Shown: positions 12,041 through 25,565, counted from the stretch's first letter. The stretch: 64,000 nt of DNA from Octopus sinensis (GCF_006345805.1 NC_042999.1:165168001-165232000); one strand, 5' to 3'. Program-made: numbers and translations. Notes: generated from the sequence alone by a model not told the origin.

Positions 12041-12650
12041 ATTCTTTTAGTCTTTTGTTTCAGTCATTTGACTGCGGCCATGCTGGAGCATCGCCTTAAA
12101 TCGTTTTAATCGGAGAAGTCGACCCCAGGACTTTGAAAGCCTGGTACTTACTCTATTGGTCTTTCTGCTGAACTGCTAACTTACGAGGACATAAGCACAC
12201 CAGCATCGGTGGTCAAGCGATGGTGGAGGAACAAACACAGACACAAAGACACACACACACATAAAAATGTAGTGTTAACATGTACCTCCTTGTGACAATG
12301 TAAACTTTCATTTAACCAAGATATCCTTGACCTGAAGAATAGCCTCGCTTGGATATTTACCACTTCTGAGGACGTATGTAGCCCGAATCTTATCTACTCC
12401 ATTCCTTATATATACACACGATGAGCTTTTTTCAGTTTCCAGTTTCCGCCTACCATATCTACTAGACCCGAGGCAATAGTAGAACACACATGCCCAAGAT
12501 GCCACGTAGCGAGACTGAACCCAGAACAATGTGGGTGGGAAGCAAGCTTTTTACTACATAACCACGCCTGCGCCTATACAGCCACGCCTGCGCCTATACA
12601 GCCACGCCTGCGCCTATACAGTCACATGCAGCCATGCCTGCGCCTATACA
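12041..12650 (-). mobile_element. SINE family A with ~150-bp internal insert and tandem-duplicated 5' junction
   Basis: Matches family A (GGATTTGGTAGACGGAAACTGAAAGAAGCCCGTCG block); ~4 copies of the 20-mer GCCACGCCTGCGCCTATACA at 12561-12650. Confidence 0.75.
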
Positions 12651-12739
12651 TACACACACACACACACACGTATATATACTCACACACACACAAATACAAT
12701 CACTTACAGACAGACAGACATACAGATAGATAGACAGAC

Positions 12740-12809
<70 letters not shown>

Positions 12810-13026
12810 GTAGGTAGGTATGTAGGTAGGTAGGTATGTATGTAGGTAGGTAGGTAGGTAGGTAGATAGATTGTTTGCAATAATGATCCTCCAATACATC
12901 CAGTAATCGATAAACTAAACTATACAATATTAAACATGCCACATACCGATAGTATTTCCATCCTGCATAAGGCCCAGAAGTTATGTTTTAATTATGACAT
13001 TTTTATATAATACTTTTATATGAAAG

Positions 13027-13061
<35 letters not shown>

Positions 13062-13195
13062 GCATATGTATGCACATACAGACACACTCACACCCAATAT
13101 ATATATTCATATATATATGTGTGTTTGTGTGTGTGTCTATGCACTCACACAGGCGTGAGCACACGCATACTCATACGACATATTACACACGCACA

Positions 13196-13258
<63 letters not shown>

Positions 13259-13997
13259 CATATCGAAATTTCCTTGTTAAAAGATTTAGCTATGCAAGCT
13301 ATTTCTTGGTGTCGTTCTCACACACGCCAGTAACACAGTTCGCTATCACTGTTTATTGTGCTTGAAGTTAAAGAAATCTCTGCTTTCCGATATGCAACCC
13401 TTTTAATTTCCCTCGTTTTCTCTATCTCTCACCTTCTTTCTCCTTCTATTTTATCCTCTCTCTACCCCTCTATCCCCTTTCTCTCCCTCCTTCCCTCTCT
13501 CCCGCTCTTTCATCCTCTCTCATCCTCTTTTGCAATAGATAAATTGTTGGCGCTCAGAAAACACCTGCCAAGTGCCAACGTTCTTTTACCAATAATAACG
13601 CTACCAACATCTGCCTACGTTTTAACTCTCTTCATTTAACTACAACGCAGTTTTCGTGTAGATTGCTGCGTAAATCGAAGATATTTGTCTCATCGGTCTT
13701 GTTTTATAAATCAATTGCAGGTGAACCTGGACACCAGGTGCTCCAGCATTTCTTCGGCAATACAAGATTTCTCATTGTGGAATGGAATGAATATCATACA
13801 ACCCCATGGAAGATGCATCATATCATCTTCGAGAGATTTTGTTTTCTTTCACACGTTTCAGACAATGTTAAGTCACAGAAAACTTTTACCTCTTAGCATT
13901 TTAACATATAAATAAGGATTTCTAATATGAATTAGAAGCACCGCTAGTATTGTAAACATTATCGACCGCACGAACTTAATGGATACAAACTGCTTGC

Positions 13998-14340
13998 TCG
14001 CCGGTAGTTTGTGGTTTAGCGCGGTGGTGATGACTCTTTCAAAGCGCCGGGTGTTAAAACACCTGAAAGACCTACACAGACGAGACAAATCGCCCCAAAT
14101 ACCATTCAGGAGTGATGACTATCGATATATCGCCATTTTTAGGCTTATCAACATCACGTACCTGAATCGATTCGAAGACGAATCGCCGTGGCATACCAGC
14201 AAATAATTTTTACTCTATTTGTATATAGTCATAGACTGGCGATTCAGTTCGCCTCCGATACGATTCAGGTATGTAGTGTTTTAACACCCGGTGCTTCGAA
14301 GGAGTCATCCCCACCGCGCTACGCCGCAGCCTACCTGCGA
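13998..14340. mobile_element. GC-rich foldback/MITE with 65-bp imperfect inverted repeats
   Basis: 13998-14062 matches the reverse complement of 14276-14340 (TAGCGCGGTGG.GATGACTC.TTC.AAGC.CCGGGTGTTAAAACAC); a second inner inverted pair at 14159-14187 / 14237-14271. Confidence 0.75.
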
Positions 14341-15377
14341 ACAATTAGGGCGCATACATTGAATATTTGCATTCGATAATCAATAATAAAGTTGAAGTTC
14401 GTATAAGTGTGCAACTAATCAAATAAAATATACAGCATAAAAGAACAACCATTTTCACTAGGTTTTTTAGTATTTTTTCAAACCATCTTTTTATTCCAAA
14501 TATTGTGCTATGTCTATAGTAGTTCTAGGGTGTACGCAATATTCTTTAGTTTTGTTTCTCGAACACCAGAGTACCTGAGCTGTCATTAATGACAGAGATG
14601 TTGTCTAAAAAGTTATTCGATGAAAGTTGATAATTAGAGGATGAGGAAGTAAATAAAAATGCCAAAATAAGAGGAAAATAAGAAAATTATATGTATCACC
14701 TCCAAAATACTATACAGCTATGATTAGGTGAAGAAGTTCATGAAGAACATAAGGAGGCACAAAAACACCTTGGCCTCCTGAATGTTCCGTCTGTAATTTC
14801 AAACTGATCTTAACCCTAATCCAGTTCAGGTCATTTCAGAGCGTGGACTAAAGATACTGCGTTAGACCGCACGCTAAAGTAGTATCGAAAATTTCTTTGA
14901 CTGTTGCGATGCCGGGCGATTCATCTGAATTTATGAGCATTGAAACATTAAGAAACAATGAAGATAACAGAATGAACTCTCTAATACAAAAAATGAACAG
15001 AACAATTCAAGCAAGTGGAGACTGAAAATTTAGAGAAAGATTTTTATTAATCTTGGTACACGTTGCGATGCACGGCAAATCGGCAAAATTTATGAATATT
15101 AAAATATTAGCCAAGCTTTAAGAAAGTGGAATGAACTTTCAAATACAAATGACAAACAGAACAACCAAATAGAGACGCTGTTGCAGTAAGAAAATAGAAA
15201 TGTTGTTGGCTAATTTATAAAGCTTCAAACATTATGAGAGAAGCACAAAAAATAGACAAAACGACTCCAGCTTGTACAGAATGATTTAGAAAATAGATCT
15301 TATAACGTGGAACAAATCCAACAGCTTCAAGCGCTAAAATGTTACTCTCAAAACAGGATATATACAAAAATAGCGTG

Positions 15378-15415
<38 letters not shown>

Positions 15416-15421
15416 TCAATA

Positions 15422-16859
15422 TCTATAAATCTGAAATGCGAAAAGTTTGTTTGTCTGGTTTTGGCATTGGAACGGGTTAAAGGGCACTAGATCCCGTCGG
15501 ACTGACTCCAAAATTTACAGGAACATGTAAAATGAGGTGAGGATGTCAGTGGGCTAGGTTAGAAATCCCTATCTTAAAAGGTGTGGTTACTAGGGCAAAA
15601 AAAGCACACATTGACAAGTCTTCTCTCATTCTCTTATCTGCCTGTCTTTCTCCATCTCTCTCTCTCTCTCTACGTCTGTCTGCATTCATAGACAGAATTA
15701 TTATCGCCACTACCACCACCACCACGATACAATCATGAGAACAAATATTATGAATCAGATATTTATTGGGTTAATCTATGTGTGTGTATGTCCTATATAT
15801 AAATATCTATATATAATGTATATATACAAAGTGTATATATCTGTATTTATATATATATATATATATAATTTGTATACATTTGTATATATAATGCGTACAT
15901 GCACACACACACATATATATATATATATATAATGCGTATATATGTACATATATATATATATATATAATGTGTGCATTATGTGGTCGGTTGAGCTGAAAAT
16001 ATGCACACCTATGTTAAAAGTGCTGGCGAGTTTGCATGCTAACTATTTTTTCCTCAAATGAAAGGCGTAACCTCTAGGACAAAATTCTTCATCTTATAAA
16101 ATGTGGCCCGAGTAGACCCGAATGAAATCGGGTTATGTTAACCAAAATGTGAAATGTCTAACTGGGGCTGGAAGGGGATTAAAATTTACAGGAGCGGGTG
16201 TTTACGAATTCTCTGTTACATCAAGCTAAAAAATTTGCGCCAGCCTTTATATCGTCAATGTGTTGCCGTCCATGATGAAGAAGTTTTGAATGCTTGCCAT
16301 GGGGTGTCTACTGTTGTGAGAAAGAATCACTTCAAAACTTGGTGTTTACGAATTTTGTTTTACATCAAGTTCAAAATTTTACGCCAGTCGTTAAACTGCC
16401 ACTACGTTGCTGTCCGTCGTTAAGAAATGCCAGTCATTGTGACTCTACTATCCTCAGATTCTATCCCTTCAAACTTTGGTTTCCAATATTTTTTGTTTTT
16501 ATTCAGCTCGCAAGTTCGTCTGTCCCTTTTAAATGTTAGTGTTTTGCTGTCTGCCTTGAAGCAGACCTTTCCGTTGTCACTGCCTGATATTTATGATTAA
16601 TCTTTCAAAATATATTCTTTCTCAACTTACTCAAGATCTTTTGTTGTTTATAAATGGGAGAGAGATAGATAGAGAAAGATAGAGAGTAAGAGAAAGCGAG
16701 GGAGAGTCCGAGAGAAAGGAAGATTAAGAGAGTGGGAAAGTGAGAGAGAAAGGAGAGAGAAACAAAGAGGGAGAATGTGGTGATAAAAAACAGAAAGGAA
16801 ATAACAGAAAGTAACAACCACACCCTTACCCGCGCGTAGAGTGGATCACCTTAAGCTAG
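15422..16859 (+). mobile_element. Non-autonomous Helitron-like element
   Basis: A|TC 5' end (15421|15422), CTAG|T 3' end (16856-16859|16860), degenerate GC-rich subterminal hairpin ACCCGCGCGTAGAGTGGAT ~16828-16846, no TSD, TA-rich flanks. Confidence 0.65.
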
Positions 16860-16879
16860 TATATATATCATTCAAATTT

Positions 16880-17075
16880 TTGTACAAGCCTAGCCAGTTC
16901 GGGGAGGCGATTAATCAATTACATCGATCCCTGTACTCAACTGGTACTTGTTTTATCGGTCCCGAAAGGATAAAAGGCAAAGTTGACCTCGGTAGCATTT
17001 GAACGTTAAGACGGATTAAATGCTGCAAAGCAATTTGCCCGGTGTGCTAACGAATCGGCCAACTCGCCACCTTGA
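16880..17075 (-). mobile_element. SINE family B
   Basis: Similar to 5610-5830. Confidence 0.7.
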
Positions 17076-17113
17076 AGAGTTATATATATTGTCATACACA
17101 CACACACACACAC

Positions 17114-17194
<81 letters not shown>

Positions 17195-17299
17195 TGAGAA
17201 AGTTGGTTTGTGAAAGCACGTGGTTGAATATATAGAAAATAGTAAAAAGTGAAAAAACTACAGAAGGCTTGTTTTAAAAGGTTAAAAAATATATATTTG

Positions 17300-19460
17300 A
17301 GTCAATATGTCTGAAGAATGTTATCAATTTTTTTCTTACAATGACATAGTTTAGAAGAAATGACCGGTTTCGCGTTCAGCTTTTCAAATTTCTTACATCG
17401 TTATGTTTATGTTGAGAAGAGTTCCAAATAAGGGGAGGTAATAAGTGATTTCTTCCGGTGTAAGGGAGATAATCGCTTAAAATTTTTTGCCTTTCCTTTG
17501 GAGTGAATTTCTCTGTATATGTATGTTGGAATGGTTAAGTCTGGGCTTGTACTATTCAATGAAGAATGTTTCCTTGTTTAGTCTAATTTGTGTTGGTGTT
17601 CCGATAGCACATTGGTAAAATGGAAAGATTAAAAATTGTGGTAGTAGTTGCTTTGCACATTTCTCAATGTGCTCACTAAAGGGTATCATTCTGTATTCTG
17701 GGAATGCAATCTGTTGTCGATGCAGTGTGCATCTACGGCATCTACGTAGTCTTGGTGGCAGCCCGAGCATTTTATGACATAAATTATGTTTTCAGAGGCA
17801 CAAGTAAAATTAGATTTGATCTTGAATTTCTGTCCCTCTTTGAAGAGGAATTCTGATCCTTCTTAGCCGGTTTGGACATGTTGCACAGTTCGGTCTACCA
17901 CATTTTTTTACTTTTGCATCCGTAATTTCAGAAAACAATTTTGCCTTTGTGAGAATCTTTTTAAGTGATTTAGGTTGTTTGTAGCTTTTAATGATTTGGT
18001 GTATGTTTAGAATTTCCTTTAATTTGGGGTCCTTATGAAGTATTGGTAAATTCTGGGTGATGATGGTGAAGGCTTCTTTGTTTCTGGGGTTGTATGTGGA
18101 TATGTAAGGTAGTATTTTCGGGGAAGGTGTGTTGTTGTGTTGAACTTTTCTTAAAGTTTCTATGTTGATTTCTGTTGCACGTCTGATCCCATCCTCTATG
18201 AGTTGAGCTGGGTAATGTCTGTCAATTAGGGTGTTTTTGAGTTCTTGCAGTCTAAAGTTCCTGGTATTTTGTTCTGACACTATTGTGCATATCCTTCTTG
18301 CAAGGTTGAAGGGGATGTTTGTTTTAGTGTGTCTTGGGTGGCATGAATTAAAAAGAAGGTATTGTTTGGCGTCTGTGGCTTTGTAAAAAATGTCTGTTTC
18401 TATTTTAAGGTTAATTTTTTTAATTAGTATATCCAAGAATGGGAGCTCCTTTTGGTTGTATTCCATTGTGAACTGTGTATTTGGGTTTATGCTGTTCAAT
18501 AGGTTTTTAAATTTTATGAGTTTATCTGTGTTTTCATTCCAGAGTATAAAACAATCGTCCAGGAATCGTTTCCAATTCTCTTTTATGTATTGAGAGAGGG
18601 GGTTTCCAAAGATTGATAAAGATTCCTGGTAAATGATTATTTACAGGTAGCCCATTGTTAGGTTCGCAATGACTGGTGCTGCCCTTGTACCCATAGCAAT
18701 TCCGGATTTTTGACGGTAAAATGTATTGTCAAACATGAAGTGGTTATTATGTAGGATGAATTCAATTGATTTAGTAATGAATTCTTTACTGATCCTTTTT
18801 GGTATTTCTTCCGGAAATTGGTCCAGCCTCTAGTCCATAATTGCCTCTAGTCCATAATTATGAGGTATACTGGTATATAAGTTAACTACATCAAATGAAA
18901 CCAGGATTGTTTCTTCCTTGGCTTTTTTTGGAAGGTGGTTTAACATATCTAAGTAATCTCTGATATGGCTATCGATATGTTTAAGGAAGGGTTTCAGGAA
19001 GATGTCCATAAATAGACTTAGTCTGTGTGTTTCACAGGTTGGGCCAGCTACAATGGGTCGTAGTTTTAGGTCCCCCGGGTTAGGTGTGTGTATGTATGTC
19101 TTTGGTGATTTTTTAATGGTTTCATTTATAATTTGGCTTTTATGAATTTTTGGCAGACCATAGAAGGGGCTAGGTTTGCATTTAAAGTTTGTTAGACAGT
19201 CAATCTCTTTGGTTGTTAGTTCCTTTTCATGGGTTTTAATTAGTGAAGATAGATTTTTCATTATTTTTTGTGGGGTGTAGTTGGTGATTTTTTCATAATG
19301 TTGATTGTCATCAAGCAAGGAAATTACAAGATTTCTATAATATGATGTATCCATTATTACAACTGCATTTCCCTTGTCTGCTTCCTTAATGGTTATATCT
19401 TCATCATTTTGAAGTTTTATCAGTTCCTTCCATTGTGTAGTGTTAAAATTTGAGTTAACT
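17300..19460 (-). mobile_element. Decayed Penelope-like retroelement (RT + GIY-YIG endonuclease, 3' pseudo-LTR), 5'-truncated
   Basis: FYGLPKIHK, LRPIVAGP, SFDVVNLYTSIP, GIAMGT, RFLDD, LPFLDI, CHPRH, CGRPNCATC and FTCASENIIYVIKCSGC. Frameshifts include a 17-bp tandem duplication near 18827-18860. Confidence 0.92.
17355..17394 (-). ncRNA. Degenerate minimal hammerhead ribozyme in the Penelope pseudo-LTR
   Basis: AAGAAAU UUGAAAA GC ugaac GC GAAA CCGG UC AUUUCUU: perfect 7-bp stem I and palindromic stem III; core has two transitions relative to CUGAAGA. Confidence 0.65.
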
Positions 19461-20069
19461 TATATATATATATATATACATTTACACATAAACATTAATC
19501 TATGAATAAATGTGTGTGTGTGCACGTGTATGTGACTCTGAGTGTGTGTTTGTGTGTGCGCGAGCGAGCGCGCGTGCGTATGACTGTATGTGTGTATGTG
19601 TGTGTGCGCGCGTGGCTGCGTGCGTGTGTGTGTATGGACTGTGCGTGCTATAATTATTATTAATTGTAAAAGGGACAACATGGAAAACTCGTAAAGAGCA
19701 AAAATAACAAAGCGAAAACCCCCTTTGAACTGCATACCAAATTTATGCTGGTCTTCACACTCGTGATGAACTTTGTGCATTTTGGGGGAATCTGATTACA
19801 AATGATGAGACAAGAGAAAGAAGAAGAGAAGGAAAGAGAGCATGTGAGGTAGAGAGAGAGTAAGGGGAGGAGTGTAAACTCTGTAAAATACAAAACATAT
19901 AAAAGAATATATATATGTGTGTGCGCGTGTGTGTGTGTGTGTGTTTCTGCGTGTGTGCGTGTGTGTATGCGTGCGTGCGTCTGTAGGCGCGCGCGCTTTC
20001 TTGTGTGTGTGTGTATCGGTCAGAAAAGAAGCGCACCCTAAAATATTAGATTAGTGATTGTGAAGGTTA

Positions 20070-20259
20070 TTTGTTATGGCCACACAGAGAGTGACCATTG
20101 GTTTCGCATCCATAAGGTGTTTGACTTTAAGGCGACTCATCAGACCCAAATGACCGAGGCACATAATCTCCGACAATCTGAGTTTGACAAGTCATCTATA
20201 CACCTAAACACCCTATAGGTGCGAAACCAATGCTCACGCTCTGCCCGGCCATAACAAAC
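20070..20259. repeat. Short foldback element with 54-bp imperfect inverted arms
   Basis: 20070-20123 vs reverse complement of 20206-20259. Confidence 0.75.
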
Positions 20260-21639
20260 ACTTTATACATAATGCCGTCGGCCCAAATCTTTACCGAGAA
20301 AAATGTGAGAATTCATCTCTTGATGAAAAGGAGTAATATGCAGTGTTAATGTATGAATTTGCTCTCGTGTATATAGGGACTGAAGAACTCCATCTTTTCA
20401 TTGAGCCTTTGGGGATTTTTTTTTTGTTCCAGAATTTTAATACATTTTTCTGAATCAATGATTATGCTTCTGTATAAGAGTGCTCTTCATAAACCACTCA
20501 AGAACTACACTCATTAACCCTTTAAGAAATTATATCGTAATTGCGAATCAATTATTGATTCTTTTGTTATGCATATCGAAAACCGATTACCTCTCCTACT
20601 TCAGAAATAATTCAGGTTCTAGTTGAATAGTAAAGTTGAATGGTAAAGACAAAATTTGATGTCCCAGTCAAAGTACTAAATGCATCGTTTCACCATCAGT
20701 AAATATTTTGTTGTTTTCTACAAGTTTATCAACAGTACCAAATAATGTGTGCGTGATTGTGCGTATGTTTGTTTGTGTGTGTGTGTGCGTGTGTGTGTGT
20801 GTGTACGTGTGTGTGAGAGTGTAGTTAAAATACTTTAGCTACCATCCCATTTCTATCTCTACAGTCACAACACCATATCACTTTGCCATCTCGACAGTCA
20901 CAATAATGTCACTCCCTTCACTAGTAATTACCTCATAACACAACATATCAACATTGTCGCCAGTAATTATTTCTACATCGACAACAGTCCCTCCTATTAC
21001 CAGAATCTTCAGTAAAGTAATATAACTTTTATTAACATAAACATGATCTTAATGTTCCCTCTTCTTAGTATTATTTTTATGATCATGTTCATATATAATA
21101 CAGGCACGATTACTCTCTGTGCAATTAGAGTCATCACTGGCGCACAGCAATACTGCAATCACCACAACCACTACCACTATCAGACCATGATATAACGTAT
21201 CAGTGAATGAGCCTCTGGACAGTCGATCGACCTGCCAGAAATACTAACCAAATTCTTTCAGATAACATCTTTAAAAAACGAACGAAAATAGGGAAAAATG
21301 CAATCACTGTTATACAAATGGACAGGATTTTATCAGAGAAAATCTGGAGTGAAATAACGCTTGACCACTACTTTACGAAAATACCACCTATGTAAACATT
21401 ACTTTCACTCTGTATCTGTAACTGAGTTAATACCTTACGCAATACGGTGCCACTTCCATTCCTTCTGTGAAGAGGATACGAAGAGAAAGTCCTTTAAAAA
21501 GTTGAGATGTCGATCGTTTAACCGCAACGTCACATCCAGTTTTTGCCCAAATTTGATTACAAATTAGTTTGATGGGGAGAAATCACTATCAAAAGTGAAT
21601 CTCAATAGTAGACATAATTGAGAATCAGGAGTTAGTATC

Positions 21640-21950
21640 AATTAAAACGTTTCAAGGACTAAATGTTAAAGAAAAAAATGGAGGTACCAGTAGCACATCA
21701 GACAGCGGAGAATCAGAAACGAATAAGGAGTATCAGAAGCGTGTGTCAGTGGGCAGTATTGTAACAGAAAGGAGTAAGCATGTTTGAGTATCAGAATCTT
21801 ATATTAGAACGAAGTATCAATCGAGAATATGTGAAGCGAGTATCAGTGGAAAGCATTTTAAGTGAGTTTCAGAAACGAGTAAGCATGTCTGAGTATCAGA
21901 AACTAATATTACAATAAGTATCAGAAATGGCTATCAGAAGAGAAAAAAAA
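21640..21950. repeat. Degenerate tandem repeat built on GAGTATCAGAA
   Basis: Motif recurs many times; ~38-bp block repeated at ~21770 and ~21874. Confidence 0.55.
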
Positions 21951-22377
21951 ATGTGTATCATAAGCCAATTACCACACATGATCAGGGAAGTTTTGGTGAT
22001 TATGAATAAATAAATAAAAAGATTTAGTCAAATGACTGCCGCGGGTAGAGTTTGTACGTCAGAGAGAAAAGCGGATTATACACGCCGTATGACAATTGTA
22101 TGGTTTCTGGTGTATTTTGGTAATGTAAACGCACGTTCTATGGCTTCCGATGGATACCAACTGTAGCAACATAGTTGCAGCAGCGGTAGCAGATTGCACA
22201 AGGCTGTGATGAGGGAAAATGTTTGATGATTAAAGTGGAGACAATGAAAACGAAGAGAGATAAGAGAAAGAAAGAAAGAAAGAACATTAACAAGTGTGAG
22301 GTGTATATAATTTGCAAACACAAAATGGAAAGGTAAGAGAGGGAAGGAACAAGAATGGCATCACGAGTCCATGACAA

Positions 22378-22379
<2 letters not shown>

Positions 22380-22411
<32 letters not shown>

Positions 22412-22570
22412 GTGTGTGTGTGTGTTTGCGTGTGTGTGTGTTTGCGTGTGTGTGTGTGTTTGCGTGTGTGTGTTTGCGTGTGTGTGTGTGTGTTTGCGTG
22501 TGTGTGGTGTGTGTGTGTGTGTGTGTTTGCGTGTGTTTGCGTGTGTGTGTGTGTGTTTGCGTGTGTGTGA
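22380..22570. repeat. (TG)n microsatellite with TTGCG interruptions
   Basis: Direct reading. Confidence 0.95.
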
Positions 22571-23454
22571 GATTATTTTTATATGAGATATTCAGAAAAA
22601 GATAAAAAGAGATGAGAGAGAAAGAAAGAAAAAGGGAGAGAGAAAGAGAGGGAAACTGAGTGGTCGAAAATCGAGAGAGAGAGAGAGAGAGAGAGAAGAG
22701 AAAGAGAGAAAGAGTGCGTTTGTGTGTGCGCGCGTGTGTGTGTGAATGTGTGTGTGTGTGTAGGAGGAGTGGCTAAAAATGAAGGGAGAGAAAGGCTATG
22801 AGAACGAAATTGAAAAAGAACGAGAGAGAGATAGAGAGATAGAGAGGGAGGGAGAGAGAAGGAGAAGAAAGGGTAGAAGAAGCGGAAGAGAAAGCATAAT
22901 AAAGATGGTGGTTATAGTGGGAGGGAGAAAATGGAGAGAGGAGGGAGTGTGATGATGGATTAGCATTAAGAGGTAATGAACTCATGATGATGATGGTGAT
23001 GATGATGACGACGAGGAGGGGGAGGCGGCGGCGGGGGTGAAGGAGGGGGAGGAGGAGGAGGAGGCAATGAAGGTGACATTCTTGGTGACAGTCGACACAA
23101 TGTGTTGGATAATGAGTAATGCTGATGCAGCAGTGGTCACGTGACGAACTGCTACTACCGCCTCTACTGCACACAGCAACTGCTCGTTTGAATTGTACTA
23201 CAGCCTCTACTTCATCAGACTCTACTGGATCTACTACTACCGCCTCAGCCATAGACCGGCAGCTGGTCTGACGTGCTGCAGCCTCTTCTGTTTTATCATC
23301 AGATACCACCACTACTATTACTACTACTATTACTACCACCAACATTGGAAATAAAGGAGTAACAATACTAGTGCTACTATCGTACCACAGCTGTAGGTGT
23401 GACTACAATCAATGTATCAATGTATTAGTACTAATGTTGTAGTAATTACTGTGG

Positions 23455-23464
23455 TATTGTTGCT

Positions 23465-23562
<98 letters not shown>

Positions 23563-23623
23563 TGGTGGTGGTGGTGGTGGTGGTGGTGGTGGTGGTGGAA
23601 GTAGCAGCAGTAGCAGTAGCTGT

Positions 23624-23655
<32 letters not shown>

Positions 23656-24290
23656 TAGTAGTAGCAGTAGCAGCAGCAGCAGCAGTAGTTGTAGTAGTAG
23701 TAGTATTAGCAGTTGTAGTAGTAGTAGTGCAACAGCTGGTGTGATCGAAACCCCGCCAGAGTTATCAGGATGGCACGACTATTGTAGTTACTATGTCAGT
23801 AATACTCTTGCTGTATGCTAGTACAGCAATTGATACTATAGTTCCATTGTTGTAGTTATTGTGCTAGTACAGTTACTATCCCTGCTGTAGTTGGAGAAGT
23901 ACTTTTATAGTTATTATGGAAGTACTTCCATTGCTATATGACTGTACAGCTACTATAGTATTACAGTTAATGTGGTAGTTACACTGCTGTAGTTACTGTA
24001 GTAGTACAATTATTACAGCTGATTTGTAGTAATACCACTTTTATAGTCATTGTCGAAGTATTATTATTGTAGTTAGTGCAATTGCGTAGGTGTTGTAGTT
24101 ATTGTGATAGTACTGTTGTCACTGAAACAATACGACTGTTGTAGTTAGTGTTGTAGTGCAGTTGATATAGTTATGTGGTAGTACTATTAAAATAATTGCT
24201 GCAGTTCCTGTAATAGTACCCTTTCTTGCTGTTACTGAAGTAATAGTGCTGTAGTACTTACACTAGTAATAATAATATTTTGCTTACTGT
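23455..24290. repeat. (TAG)n/(TGG)n/(CAG)n compound microsatellite grading into decayed TAG-rich low complexity
   Basis: Direct reading. Confidence 0.85.
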
Positions 24291-24334
24291 GGTGTATAAC
24301 TGTTGGGGTTACTGTGGTAGTAATATATTTGTCA

Positions 24335-24480
24335 TAAAGGCACGTGGCCTAGTGGTTAAGGTGTTGCACTCACGACAGCAAGAAGGTGGTTTCGATACCA
24401 GGACTGGGCAGTGTGTTGTGTTCTTGAGTGAAACACTTTATTTCCCGTTACTCTGCAATCACTTTGATATCTGATGTATG
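24335..24480 (+). mobile_element. SINE family D head fragment
   Basis: TGGCCTAGTGG A box, GGTTTCGATACC, TTGAGTGAAACACTTTATTTC. Confidence 0.6.
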
Positions 24481-24609
24481 GCACACTGTCCCTATAAAGG
24501 CAACGTCCCTATATATGGCACACTGTCCCTATAAAGGCAACGTCGATTAAATGGCGGAAGTGAGCTAATGTAAAGCAAAAACATTTGATCACAGTAAACA
24601 AATGATTCT

Positions 24610-25000
24610 ATTTTACTCTTTTACTTGTTTCAGTCATTTGACTGCGGCCATGCTGGAGCACCGCCTTTAGTCGAGCAAATCGACCCCGGGACTTATTCTT
24701 TGTAAGCCCAGTACTTATTCTATCGGTCTCTTTTGCCGAACCGCTAAGTTACTGTGGCGTAAGCACACCAGCATCGGTTGTCAAGCAATGTTGGGGGTGA
24801 CAAACACAGACACACATATATACACGCACACATATATACGACGGGCTTCTTTCAGTTTCTGTCTACCAAATCCACTCACAAGGCTTTGGTCGACCCGAGG
24901 CTATAGTAGAAGACACTTGCCCAAGGTGCCACGCAGTGGGACTGAACCCGGAACCTTGTGGTTGGTAAAAAAGCTACTTACCACACAGCCACTCCTACGA
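24610..25000 (-). mobile_element. SINE family A, near full length
   Basis: tRNA-like head on the minus strand (GGCTGTGTGG, GGTTCAGTCC); highly similar to 55226-55633. Confidence 0.85.
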
Positions 25001-25221
25001 TTGGTGGAAATTGTTCAACAAAGAAGCTTCTATTTTCTCATCTATTATTTGTTTCAGTCATTGGGTTGTTGGCATGCTGAGGCTCTGAGGTTTTAGCAGA
25101 ACAAATCGACCACAACACTAATTCAATTGATCTCTTTTTGCCAAACCACTTGGTTACGGTCATAAACAAATCAACACCGGGACAAACACAAACTAAAAGA
25201 CATACAGTCATACACACATAT

Positions 25222-25565
25222 GTAGGTCCCAGTGACAACAGGATCAACGAGAAAGAAGATAAAGTGAACTATGACGATTTGAAGTGGGAAATACGCGCGT
25301 TGTGGGCAGTGAAGAGAGTAGACGTGATACCAATAGTTATTGTTGCTCTTGGAAGTATCAATACTCATCTAATAACATGGCTCAAAAAGATTGGTATAAA
25401 TGTAAAGGTAGAACACCTACAAACATAATTATTACTTGGAACTGCAAGAGATATCAGCAGGGTTCTTCAAGTACGATCAGTAAACAAGTGTCACCTTAGT
25501 CTGCTGGCTGTGGACAGCCGACACTTTCCGCCATACCCAGCAAAATGAGCTAAGAGTTTTCGCCA
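25222..25565 (+). mobile_element. R4/Dong-clade LINE 3' fragment (family B), ends at (TAA)n
   Basis: Peptide GPSDNRINEKEDK.NYDDLKWEIRALWAVKRVDVIPIVIVALG (restriction-like endonuclease C-terminus), short 3' UTR, then (TAA)n 25566-25618. Confidence 0.75.

Noticed and set aside
13560-13920. Possible mariner fragment
   Set aside because: No motif could be matched convincingly.
22773-23345. 190-aa low-complexity ORF as a host exon
   Set aside because: Built from trinucleotide and purine tracts; no recognisable domain or splice support.
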